Below are positions 22,465-31,523 of a stretch of DNA of 64,000 nt, one piece after another (the first letter of the stretch is position 1; each line of letters starts with the position of its first letter). The stretch is from an uncultured Clostridium sp. GTDB taxonomy: Bacteria > Bacillota > Clostridia > Christensenellales > CAG-138. The notes under the pieces were generated by a model. The model was not told the origin of the DNA. It searched no databases and worked only from the letters and a program-made list of their open reading frames with translations. The stretch spans positions 686 through 64,685 of the forward strand of contig CAYMPG010000008.1 in assembly GCA_964392455.1 (NCBI GenBank). Reading direction: 5' to 3'. The position numbers and the translations under genes are program-made.

Positions 22465-24078
22465 TTATTTAAGCCGCTGCTCCAGCTGATTCGCAAGCTC
22501 CGCCACGCTTTCCTCCAAATCCTGCACCTTTGCGCTGTCCATAAGGGCATCCATCAGTGCATTCATGAGCCGCTTCAGCTCCGCCTTTATGTTGGAGGGC
22601 TTGCGCTTCTTTACAGCAGCCTTTCCGGGGGCGGCCTTTATCAGCTTTGTGGCTGTGGAGTATACCTCGCCGCTGTCCAGGTCGAATTCCTGATACATAT
22701 CCGGCACTTCCACATCATAGCCACGCTCCTCCAGCTTATCCTCAAGGGCACGTATGGCATCTATTTCGCCGTGTACGAGAAACACCTTTGCAGGCTTTTT
22801 ATCTATGCCATCCACCCAGTTGATCAGCTCCTGCTGATCGGCATGGCCTGAGAAGCCCTGTATGCGCTGTATATCCGCATTGACAATCACCTGGGTGCCA
22901 AGTATCTTCACCTTGTCTGCACCGTCTATAAGCAGCCGGCCAAGGGTACCCACTGCCTGATAGCCTGCAAATACCACCGTGGTAGTGGCTTTAAACAGGT
23001 TATTCTTCAGGTGATGGCGTATGCGGCCCGCATCGCACATACCAGAGGCGGATATTATGATATTACAGCCCTTTGCATCGTTTATCAGCTTGCTTTCATC
23101 GGCAGTTTCCGCAACCTTCAGCGTATCAAATTCAAACAAATCTCCGCTTCGGGCAAGGGCCTTTGTTTCATCATCGTAGCACTCTGCCCCGCAGGCTGCA
23201 TAAACCCTGGTAGCCTTTATGCCAAGGGGGCTGTCAATATACACCGGCACCTTTTCAAGGCCGGGCACGGTTTTATTTACCAGCATACGCTTTATGTAAT
23301 AAAGCAGCTCCTGAGTGCGCCCCACTGCAAAGGCAGGTATAACGATATTGCCGCCCCGTGCTATGCCGTTTTTTAATACACGGGCAAACTCGGCTTCCTT
23401 TTCCTCATCGGTGGAAACCTCATGCACCCTGTCTCCATAGGTGCTTTCCATGATAAGATAATCGGCAGCCTCAGGGCTTTCCGGGTCTTTAATTATGGGC
23501 CTGTCATCGCGGCCTATATCTCCCGAGAATACAATGCGGGTGGTCTTGCCTCCCTCGGTAACCCATATCTCTATGGCAGATGAGCCCAGCAGATGGCCAA
23601 CGTCTGTAAACCTTGCCCTTACACCTGGACATATATCCACTATGCTGCCATAGCGGCAGGGCTTAAACAGCTTGAGGGTCTTTTCCACATCCCCAGAGGT
23701 ATACAGCGCCTCCACAAGGGGCTTACCTGCACGCTCATTTTTGCGATTTTGATACTCGGCATCCTGCTCCTGAATATGGGCGCTGTCAGGAAGCATTATG
23801 CCGCAGAGCTTTGACGTGGCCTCGGTAGAGATTATCGGGCCGGTAAAGCCCCGCTTTACCAGCAGCGGCACGAGGCCGGTATGGTCTATATGGGCGTGGG
23901 TCAGCAGCACCGCCTTTATGTCACCCGGAACAAAGGGAAAATCCCCCTCGCCATATTCGCTCTTGGCATCCTCGCCCTGACGCATACCGCAATCCACAAG
24001 TATGCTGCCGCCGTCGAATGTTATCATATGGCAGGAGCCGGTTACTGCCTTTGCTGCGCCGCAAAATCTAAGCTTCAT
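22465..24078 (-). CDS. MBL-fold beta-CASP metallo-hydrolase (putative RNase)
   Basis: THAHIDHTG, GHLLGS, FSGDIG, MESTYG, FAVGRTQ and FSGHAD motifs. Confidence 0.9.
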   Translation of the reverse strand: MKLRFCGAAKAVTGSCHMITFDGGSILVDCGMRQGEDAKSEYGEGDFPFVPGDIKAVLLTHAHIDHTGLVPLLVKRGFTGPIISTEATSKLCGIMLPDSAHIQEQDAEYQNRKNERAGKPLVEALYTSGDVEKTLKLFKPCRYGSIVDICPGVRARFTDVGHLLGSSAIEIWVTEGGKTTRIVFSGDIGRDDRPIIKDPESPEAADYLIMESTYGDRVHEVSTDEEKEAEFARVLKNGIARGGNIVIPAFAVGRTQELLYYIKRMLVNKTVPGLEKVPVYIDSPLGIKATRVYAACGAECYDDETKALARSGDLFEFDTLKVAETADESKLINDAKGCNIIISASGMCDAGRIRHHLKNNLFKATTTVVFAGYQAVGTLGRLLIDGADKVKILGTQVIVNADIQRIQGFSGHADQQELINWVDGIDKKPAKVFLVHGEIDAIRALEDKLEERGYDVEVPDMYQEFDLDSGEVYSTATKLIKAAPGKAAVKKRKPSNIKAELKRLMNALMDALMDSAKVQDLEESVAELANQLEQRLK

Positions 24079-24240
24079 AAAACTATCGCTGCCTCCGTAC
24101 TGAATAATTGAAAAGATATGGAAGTAATTGCTTTGCTATATTATACCACACCTGTTTAAAATACAAACATCCGGCCATGAAATGTTTCCAAAGGTTCAAA
24201 AAGTGGCGCTCCACAGGAAACGCCACTTTTCTATCTGTAT

Positions 24241-24744
<504 letters not shown>

Positions 24745-24866
24745 GTTAAATCTCCTAAGTATATTTTTTATTTTACTCCATCCAGTATGAAAGCACAGGT
24801 TTCGCCATTCTGTCAAGGAAATATTTGACACTCAGGCGAATTTTAGCTGTATTTCCTCGGTATATT

Positions 24867-26123
24867 TTACCGTTTCTTTTCCTCCCTGTACTTTTCCACC
24901 CAGCCTTCCTTGTTCTGCTGACGGCTGCGGGCAATGGCCAGCGCTCCATCCGGCACATCCTCTGTTATTACGGAGCCTGCCCCGGTATATACGTCGCTCC
25001 CCACCTTTACAGGCGCCACCAGTGCCGTCTGACAGCCCAGGAACACATTATCGCCAACGGTGGTACGGTGCTTTTTAAATCCATCGTAATTTACAAACAC
25101 GGTGCCGCAGCCCATATTCACCTTTGAGCCCACATCTGCATCACCCACATAGGTAAGGTGGGCAACTGAGGTCTTATCCCCTATGGTGGAGTTTTTCACC
25201 TCTACAAAGTTGCCTATCTTGCAGCCTGCGCCGATGCGGGTATTTGGCCTCAGCCGCACAAATGGGCCAACCCTGGCCCCATCTGCCACCTCGGCGTCTA
25301 TCGACACCACGGCATCCAGCACGCAGTCATTTCCGACCCTGCTGTTTTCTATGCGGCAGCCGCTGTGTATGGTGCAGTTTTCCCCTATGGCAGTGTTTCC
25401 AAGGAGCTGCACATTGGGGTAAATGACCGTATCCATGCCTATCCTGACGTCGGCATCTATATATGCAGTATTGGGGTCGATAAAGGTGACGCCCCTGTCC
25501 ATATGGCCGGAATTTATGGCCCGGCGCATGATCTCAGCGCAGCACCACAGCCCTTCACGAGTATCCACCTCAAGGCCCTCTATCTCAGGAGCATACACAT
25601 CCACCACCATATTGCCCTCTGCGCGGAGGCTGCCCACGCACTGCTCTATGGTATTGAATGAGCCCTCCAGGCAGGCTCGTATGGCCTTAAGCTCAAAGCA
25701 ATAGGCCGCCACTATCAGCGTTACATCCTCAGACAGGCATATGAGCCTGGAGGCCACGCCCTTTCTTGCGGCAGATACCAGCGCAGATACCGTGCCATCT
25801 GAAATAAGGGGCAGGTTGCCGGCTATTACCAGCACATAGCCATCCCGTGCAGATACGGCAGAAAGGCCAGCCCTGAGCGCCTCGGCAGTGGAATCACCTG
25901 GAGCCTGATATACATAGGCAGAGTCCTTGCCGAAATATTCCTGCACCGATTCCCCGTCAAAGCCCAGTACAGTTATTGGTCTTTCGATTATATTGCGCTG
26001 CACGCTCCGCATTACCCAGCCTATTACAGGCCTGCCGCAAAGCTGATGCATTACCTTCTGTTTTCGTGATACCATGCGGGTGCCGTCTCCGGCAGCCAGC
26101 AAAATAGCAGTTAAGGCTTTCAT
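24867..26123 (-). CDS. glmU: GlmU-like protein: intact hexapeptide acetyltransferase domain, degenerate uridyltransferase domain
   Basis: LAAGDGTRM start; C-terminal VGPFVRLRP, IGNFVEVK, HLTYVGDA and VNYDG motifs. Central NTase motifs are missing (see findings). Confidence 0.85.
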   Translation of the reverse strand: MKALTAILLAAGDGTRMVSRKQKVMHQLCGRPVIGWVMRSVQRNIIERPITVLGFDGESVQEYFGKDSAYVYQAPGDSTAEALRAGLSAVSARDGYVLVIAGNLPLISDGTVSALVSAARKGVASRLICLSEDVTLIVAAYCFELKAIRACLEGSFNTIEQCVGSLRAEGNMVVDVYAPEIEGLEVDTREGLWCCAEIMRRAINSGHMDRGVTFIDPNTAYIDADVRIGMDTVIYPNVQLLGNTAIGENCTIHSGCRIENSRVGNDCVLDAVVSIDAEVADGARVGPFVRLRPNTRIGAGCKIGNFVEVKNSTIGDKTSVAHLTYVGDADVGSKVNMGCGTVFVNYDGFKKHRTTVGDNVFLGCQTALVAPVKVGSDVYTGAGSVITEDVPDGALAIARSRQQNKEGWVEKYREEKKR

Positions 26124-26162
26124 CTCTCATGCTCCCTTTTACTATTGTGTTTAATTATATAT

Positions 26163-27347
26163 CTACGGCTGGATCAGGCCGCTGAAGTCACGGTCAATCT
26201 GTATCACGCAGGCATAGGTGCTGTCTACCTTTCGGGCCTCCTGCCTTATGGTACGCATCAGCTCCAGTACCTGCTCATCGCTTATCCCCATGGGCACCAC
26301 AAGGTCAAATATGAGGTTATTCCGCTTTTCCCCGGGCACCATGCGAAAATCGTGAAATACGGTTTTTACGGGCAGCCCGGCCGTTATGGTCTGTATACAT
26401 TCCTTTGCCCGCTGTACATCGGGATTATCCACCTCCACAGGATCCATGTGTATTGTAAGCAGCATACCCATATCTCTGCCCACTTCCATTTCTATCCTGT
26501 CAATCAGCTCATGAAGCTCCAGCACATCTCCCCGTGCATTCACCTCCGCATGGGCGCTGGCAATTATATTGCCGGGGCCATAGCTGTGGATAAGTATATC
26601 GTGGGTATCGATAATGCCATCGTATGAGGTTATCCTGTCCGCAAGTTCTTTTACAAATTCAGGTTCAGGGGCTTCTCCCATAAGGGGGCTTATAGTCTCC
26701 TTTACCAGCTTTATCCCGGAATAGAGTACAAAGCCCGCCACAGCAAGGCCTATATACCCATCAAGGTTAACATTGAAAAAGTATGCAAGCAGGGAGGATA
26801 CCAGTATTGCCCCTGTGCTTATGCAGTCCATCAGGCTATCCGCCGTGGCTGCGCTCATGGTGGCAGAATCTATGCGCCTGCCGATATTTGCAGTAAACAA
26901 GCCCATCCAGAGCTTCACGGCTATGGATGCGGCAAGGGCAAGCATTGTGGCCACTGTAAACTCCACCGGCTCCGGGTCAACTATCTTTCCAAAGGACTCC
27001 TTGCCCAGCTCAAAGCCCACCATCAGTATGAGGAAGGCGATTATCAGCGCTGCAATATACTCCATGCGGGCATGGCCATAGGGATGCTCCTTATCGGCAG
27101 GCTTGCCTGCAAGGCGGGCGCTGAGCAGCGTCATAAGGTTTGAGCCTATATCCGCAAGGTTGTTTACGGCATCTGCCTGCACGGCCACACTGCCCGTTAC
27201 AAGCCCTATCACAAACTTTACGCCGCAAAGCAGCGCATTTGCCGCTATGCCCACCACTCCTGCCAGCACGCCATACGCCTCACGCACGGCCCTGCTGCGG
27301 GTATCCTGCCAGTTTTTTATAAAGCTGCGAATCAGCCAGCCAGTCAT
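26163..27347 (-). CDS. Cation diffusion facilitator family transporter
   Basis: ADAVNNLAD, PADKEHPYGH.RMEY, DSLMD and HDILIHSYGP motifs, with multiple TM helices. Confidence 0.92.
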   Translation of the reverse strand: MTGWLIRSFIKNWQDTRSRAVREAYGVLAGVVGIAANALLCGVKFVIGLVTGSVAVQADAVNNLADIGSNLMTLLSARLAGKPADKEHPYGHARMEYIAALIIAFLILMVGFELGKESFGKIVDPEPVEFTVATMLALAASIAVKLWMGLFTANIGRRIDSATMSAATADSLMDCISTGAILVSSLLAYFFNVNLDGYIGLAVAGFVLYSGIKLVKETISPLMGEAPEPEFVKELADRITSYDGIIDTHDILIHSYGPGNIIASAHAEVNARGDVLELHELIDRIEMEVGRDMGMLLTIHMDPVEVDNPDVQRAKECIQTITAGLPVKTVFHDFRMVPGEKRNNLIFDLVVPMGISDEQVLELMRTIRQEARKVDSTYACVIQIDRDFSGLIQP

Positions 27348-27363
27348 TTTTTCTTACTCCGCA

Positions 27364-28092
27364 TCATGATAATATTGCTTCCCTGAGCACCCTGCCGATG
27401 GCATCGTGTATCACAAGGTTTGCACGGGAATCCCGGGGCGTTTCACTCTTATTTATGAGCACCAGCTTATCGCCCCTGTAATAGTCTATAAGCCCCGCCG
27501 CAGGATATACCGCAAGGGATGTGCCTCCGATGATAAGCATATCCGCCCGCATTATGTGAGTAATGGCTCCCCTGATGGTATCATCATCCAGCCCTTCCTC
27601 ATAAAGCACCACGTCAGGCTTTATTATGCCGCCGCAGGTGCAACGGGGAACTGTATCCATGTTTATTATTTCCTCGGCGGAATATGCCCTGCCGCAATCC
27701 ATGCAGTGATTTCTGTATATGCTGCCATGCAGCTCATATACGTTTTTGCTGCCGGCCTTCGTATGGAGGCCGTCTATATTCTGAGTCACCACGGCGGTGA
27801 GCTTTCCCTGCCGCTCCAGCTCCGCAAGGGCCTTATGGGCATCATTGGGCTGAACGTCCGTTACAAGGAGCGCACTTCTGTAATATTCAAAAAAGCGCTT
27901 TGTATTGCTCATGAAAAAGCTGTGGCTCAGCAGCGTTTCCGGCCGCTCACCAAAGCGACGTATGGCATCGTATATACCGTTTTCGCTGCGAAAATCCGGT
28001 ATACCGCTCTCTGTACTCACTCCTGCGCCGCCAAAAAACACTATGCGGCCGCTGGATGCTATCATTTCCCTGAGGCTTGCAATATCTGACAT
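27364..28092 (-). CDS. cobB: NAD-dependent protein deacylase (sirtuin)
   Basis: GAGVSTESGIPDFR, TQNIDGLH, ELHGS, zinc cysteines and GTSLAVYPAA motifs. Confidence 0.94.
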   Translation of the reverse strand: MSDIASLREMIASSGRIVFFGGAGVSTESGIPDFRSENGIYDAIRRFGERPETLLSHSFFMSNTKRFFEYYRSALLVTDVQPNDAHKALAELERQGKLTAVVTQNIDGLHTKAGSKNVYELHGSIYRNHCMDCGRAYSAEEIINMDTVPRCTCGGIIKPDVVLYEEGLDDDTIRGAITHIMRADMLIIGGTSLAVYPAAGLIDYYRGDKLVLINKSETPRDSRANLVIHDAIGRVLREAILS

Positions 28093-28153
28093 ATTTCGTA
28101 CCTTCCCGCACAAAAAGACCCCCGTACTCATTCCGGGAGCCTTACTGATTATT

Positions 28154-28414
28154 TTACAGCAGAAATACCCATACCGCAATAAGCGCCACACCCGGCACGC
28201 CCAGCAGCCCCACTATAAGGGAGGTGAATGCGGTTATGGGCAAGGTAAAATTGAAAAACCCGCCTATAATGTTTACCACCAGCAGCACTATTGCTCCTGT
28301 CACTGCATTAAGCACCAGCTTGAACAGCACCTTTACAGGCCAGCTGAATACCTTAAACAGTATCCACAGCACCAGCAGCCCTATTCCAAACATCATAAGC
28401 GTAGTCATGTCCAT
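28154..28414 (-). CDS. bofA: Pro-sigmaK processing inhibitor BofA family
   Basis: Hydrophobic 86 aa with N...G...L..VN..G and GLLGVPG motifs; follows a yaaL-like gene. Confidence 0.85.
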   Translation of the reverse strand: MDMTTLMMFGIGLLVLWILFKVFSWPVKVLFKLVLNAVTGAIVLLVVNIIGGFFNFTLPITAFTSLIVGLLGVPGVALIAVWVFLL

Positions 28415-28416
28415 AT

Positions 28417-28629
28417 TTACTCCCTTTGCCGCTGCTCCTGAGCATAGCGCTTTAAAAGCAGCATATATTTTCTTCTGGCGGCCTCCGCCTCGTAGATAGC
28501 ATAATCCACAAGGTCAGTGTCGCTTACACTTTCAAAATACCGGCTCGCCTCCTGCCATTGCTCCATTGCGCTGAGCACCTGGGCGGCCCTGTTATCCGTT
28601 TTGGTTTGTTTATCCTTTGCAAACAGCAT
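28417..28629 (-). CDS. yaaL: YaaL/DUF2508 family protein
   Basis: W..A..YFESVSD.DLVDYAIYE.EAARRKY motif; yaaL-bofA order. Confidence 0.85.
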   Translation of the reverse strand: MLFAKDKQTKTDNRAAQVLSAMEQWQEASRYFESVSDTDLVDYAIYEAEAARRKYMLLLKRYAQEQRQRE

Positions 28630-28684
28630 ATGCATGCCCTCCGTATTCTGGTATATACGGAAAAGTATGCACACTTATGCGGAA

Positions 28685-29218
28685 TTATATTACTCCCGCC
28701 CTCCTGAGCCCCCTTATCAGCCAGTATACCGCCATGGTATACAGAGGAATCATCACGGCCTGGTTTACTATTCTTGCGTATATGATGTGGTAAGGCGAGC
28801 CGTAGAGCCACATCAGCAGCAGCGTATTCAGCACCACGCTGCACAGGGTCTGCCCAGTGAATACTGCGGCAAATATCCGCCTGAGGGTAGGCCGCTGTCC
28901 CTTTAAAAAGAACAGCCCCGGTATCACCCCAAACAGCACCCCTATCACCGTAAACCAGGGCATATATGCCCCCTTGGGAAAGATAAGGGCCTGGATCAGG
29001 TCAGTCAGCCCTCCCACTACGCCGCCATACACCGGCCCAAAGAGCACCGCCGCTATTATCACCGGCAGCACGCCGAAGCCTATTTTCAGGGTATATGAGC
29101 CCAGCGGCATGGCCGGTATGCTCATGCCCCCAAGCACCACCCCAAGGGCAGTAAGCAATGCACAGTACACAAGCTTTCTGGTACCGGCGCTGATGTTAAG
29201 ACGGTCGTTGTTTTCCAT
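28685..29218 (-). CDS. folT: Folate ECF transporter S component
   Basis: ALL.AL.VVL, LKIGF, LFGP.YGG..G.L.DL and Y.PWFT motifs; THF riboswitch upstream. Confidence 0.88.
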   Translation of the reverse strand: MENNDRLNISAGTRKLVYCALLTALGVVLGGMSIPAMPLGSYTLKIGFGVLPVIIAAVLFGPVYGGVVGGLTDLIQALIFPKGAYMPWFTVIGVLFGVIPGLFFLKGQRPTLRRIFAAVFTGQTLCSVVLNTLLLMWLYGSPYHIIYARIVNQAVMIPLYTMAVYWLIRGLRRAGVI

Positions 29219-29290
29219 AAAAGCCACCTCTCTTTACATAGCGTCCCATAATACCACATAAGAAGAGGATATAGCCCTCATGGTTATGCA

Positions 29291-29408
29291 GCAGCGGGAT
29301 GCGGAAGCCGTACCGCAAGCGCATGGCGCTATTCGTCTGCCCGGCAACTCCCCGTCCGGACAGCACTGTGGAGGCAAAGGCCTCGCTACGCACGGCATCC
29401 TACTCTGC
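29291..29408 (-). promoter_or_regulatory. THF riboswitch (variant with an inserted hairpin)
   Basis: GCAGAGUA...GCGU...GUG-CUGUCCGG-ACGGGGAGUUG-CCGGGCAG-ACGAA...GCGGU...GCAUCCCGCUGC follows THF aptamer architecture. A downstream hairpin (about 29227-29268) can sequester the folT SD sequence. Confidence 0.9.
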
Positions 29409-29472
29409 GTTTTTTATTTTTACTGTGTCATTTTACACCATAGTTGCCTGTGATGTCCACTTTTTTGCTGCA

Positions 29473-31326
29473 TCAGCTCTCGGCATCGGCAGCAATATCT
29501 ATCCTGTAAGTGGCCTTTACCTTTTCGCCCATGGTATCGGCATCGTTATAAGTAAGGTAAATGGTATTTGCAGCGCTGCCGGGATAGATGGATGTGGTGG
29601 GAAAATCCCCCACACGGCTGCTCTCCCCCGCCACAACGTCATACACCCACAGGGTATATGGGTATTCATCCTGCACGGCCTCGGTATTTTCCTCAGTACC
29701 TTCGCCGCCCTCGCCTGAAAGCCTGTTTTCAAAGTAATACAGCTTGCTGCCATCCTTTGCCCATACAAAGGACTGGGGGCCGAAATCATTGGTGATGGTC
29801 GTGCTTTCGCCCGTATCCATATTGTACAGGCGGAACTTTGCAGAGGCAGTGCTTGAGGCGGATATGCCGCTCTCGGCATTTATGGCCATATATGCATTGT
29901 CCGGCGACAGGGCAAAGGTGCTGCCCTCAGTAAAGGCCTTACGCACGCCGCCATCGCACTTTACGCGGTAAATGATATCGCCCTTATCCATGTCGCCCTG
30001 TACGAAGTATACATTACCGCCGCAGTAGGCTATGCAGCCTTCATCTGCGCCGTTTTTCTCAACTACGCCATGGCGCTTGCTTTCGGTGGGCACATTGAAG
30101 TCATACTGATGGACAAGCATGGCATCTGTTCCACTGACAGCGTACAGAGTGGTGCCAAGGTCATCCCAGGTATATGCGCTTACCATATTGCCAAAGCCCA
30201 TATCAGCAAGGTTTGCGGAAAGCTCCTCTGTTTCCACCTGGAATATGTAAAGATTGGTGGTCTCAGCCGCCCGCTCCAGCACTGCAAGCCTCCTGCCATC
30301 AGGAGAGAAGGCTGCGCTTTCCACCGTTTGAAATTCGTAATCGAGATACTCCTCCGCTGTGCCTTCCCCGGTCAATACCCATAGTTTTTCACATTCGTAT
30401 TCATCGGATATGCTGCTTATCAGGGTACGCCTTGTATAAAGGGCGCCGCCGCCGGAGCGCTTGGGCAGGTCTGTAAGATACCATCCGTCAGGTATGAATA
30501 CCTGCGCCGATGTGCCCTCCTCCATTCTGGCCACGGTTTCTGAGTATGCAGCCATATAGCCCAGGGCCGCATCGTACTTTGGCCGTGCGCCGTATTCCAT
30601 GGCCTGCACGGTCCATTCCTCCCGCACCGCATTCGGGTTTGCGGCCACGGCCTCATTTATAAACAGCTCCGCCGCAATATCCGATTCATGCACCCCGGAT
30701 ACCAGCAGCACGTTTTTCAGGGATTCATCCAGGCTGGGAGTCATATCTATGCCGGTGAGCCTGCCGCCGCAAAAATCCCTGTATGCATTAGCAGTGGCTA
30801 TATACTGCTGCTCCTCGCCCTTTTTCTTCTCAGGCTCAGGCATGGGCTTGATCTCTATCTCAAGCTGATTTCCTGAGGAAAAGGCCTTAAAGGCAGCATC
30901 CGCCGAAAGCTGAAAGTAAATGCAGGCCTTCTGCTCCCCCTCCAGCCTGTGAAGGAAGCTGCCCAGCACGCAGCCGGCAGGCGTAAAGCCCTGATATTCA
31001 TAATCCGCATATTCCAGAGCCTCCAGCTCCACCACCAGCCTGGATGGGCTGCTCAGCGGATACACCCTGTAGCTGGGAGAGGTAGAGGCGGGGGCTTCCT
31101 CGCCGCCGCCGCTCATTCTGCTGCCCACGTTAAAGGTGAGCTTTATGAATGTGCTTTCCCCATCCTGCCAGGCAGATATTTCTCTGGCATTTACATGATC
31201 CAGCGCTACGCCGCCCGAAATATCCCCCTGGGTGGTGTATCCCTTGTAGGGGTCCTCCTTTGGGGCGCAGGCCCCAAGGGAAAGCAGTATGCAGGCAGCA
31301 AATATGGCGCATATAAGTCGCTTCAT
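29473..31326 (-). CDS. Lipoprotein with AMIN-like N-terminal region and TolB/WD40-like beta-propeller
   Basis: Lipobox LGAC, a SPSRLVVEL motif, and repeated FSPDG / LSPDN / WAKDG blade motifs. Confidence 0.75.
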   Translation of the reverse strand: MKRLICAIFAACILLSLGACAPKEDPYKGYTTQGDISGGVALDHVNAREISAWQDGESTFIKLTFNVGSRMSGGGEEAPASTSPSYRVYPLSSPSRLVVELEALEYADYEYQGFTPAGCVLGSFLHRLEGEQKACIYFQLSADAAFKAFSSGNQLEIEIKPMPEPEKKKGEEQQYIATANAYRDFCGGRLTGIDMTPSLDESLKNVLLVSGVHESDIAAELFINEAVAANPNAVREEWTVQAMEYGARPKYDAALGYMAAYSETVARMEEGTSAQVFIPDGWYLTDLPKRSGGGALYTRRTLISSISDEYECEKLWVLTGEGTAEEYLDYEFQTVESAAFSPDGRRLAVLERAAETTNLYIFQVETEELSANLADMGFGNMVSAYTWDDLGTTLYAVSGTDAMLVHQYDFNVPTESKRHGVVEKNGADEGCIAYCGGNVYFVQGDMDKGDIIYRVKCDGGVRKAFTEGSTFALSPDNAYMAINAESGISASSTASAKFRLYNMDTGESTTITNDFGPQSFVWAKDGSKLYYFENRLSGEGGEGTEENTEAVQDEYPYTLWVYDVVAGESSRVGDFPTTSIYPGSAANTIYLTYNDADTMGEKVKATYRIDIAADAES

Positions 31327-31523
31327 GGTCTTTCCTCCAGAAATACCCTTTGTTTGCGTAAGTGTGCTTTAAATTATATCATGGCAGGCCGTTCACCGTC
31401 ATCCCATTTAGTGTAATTGTGCATAATTCAAAGAATGTTTATATTTTGCGGACAAAAAGTATTTCATTACCTATTGGTATTTGATATAATACATTGTAAT
31501 TAGACCTTTCAGGAGGTATCGTT

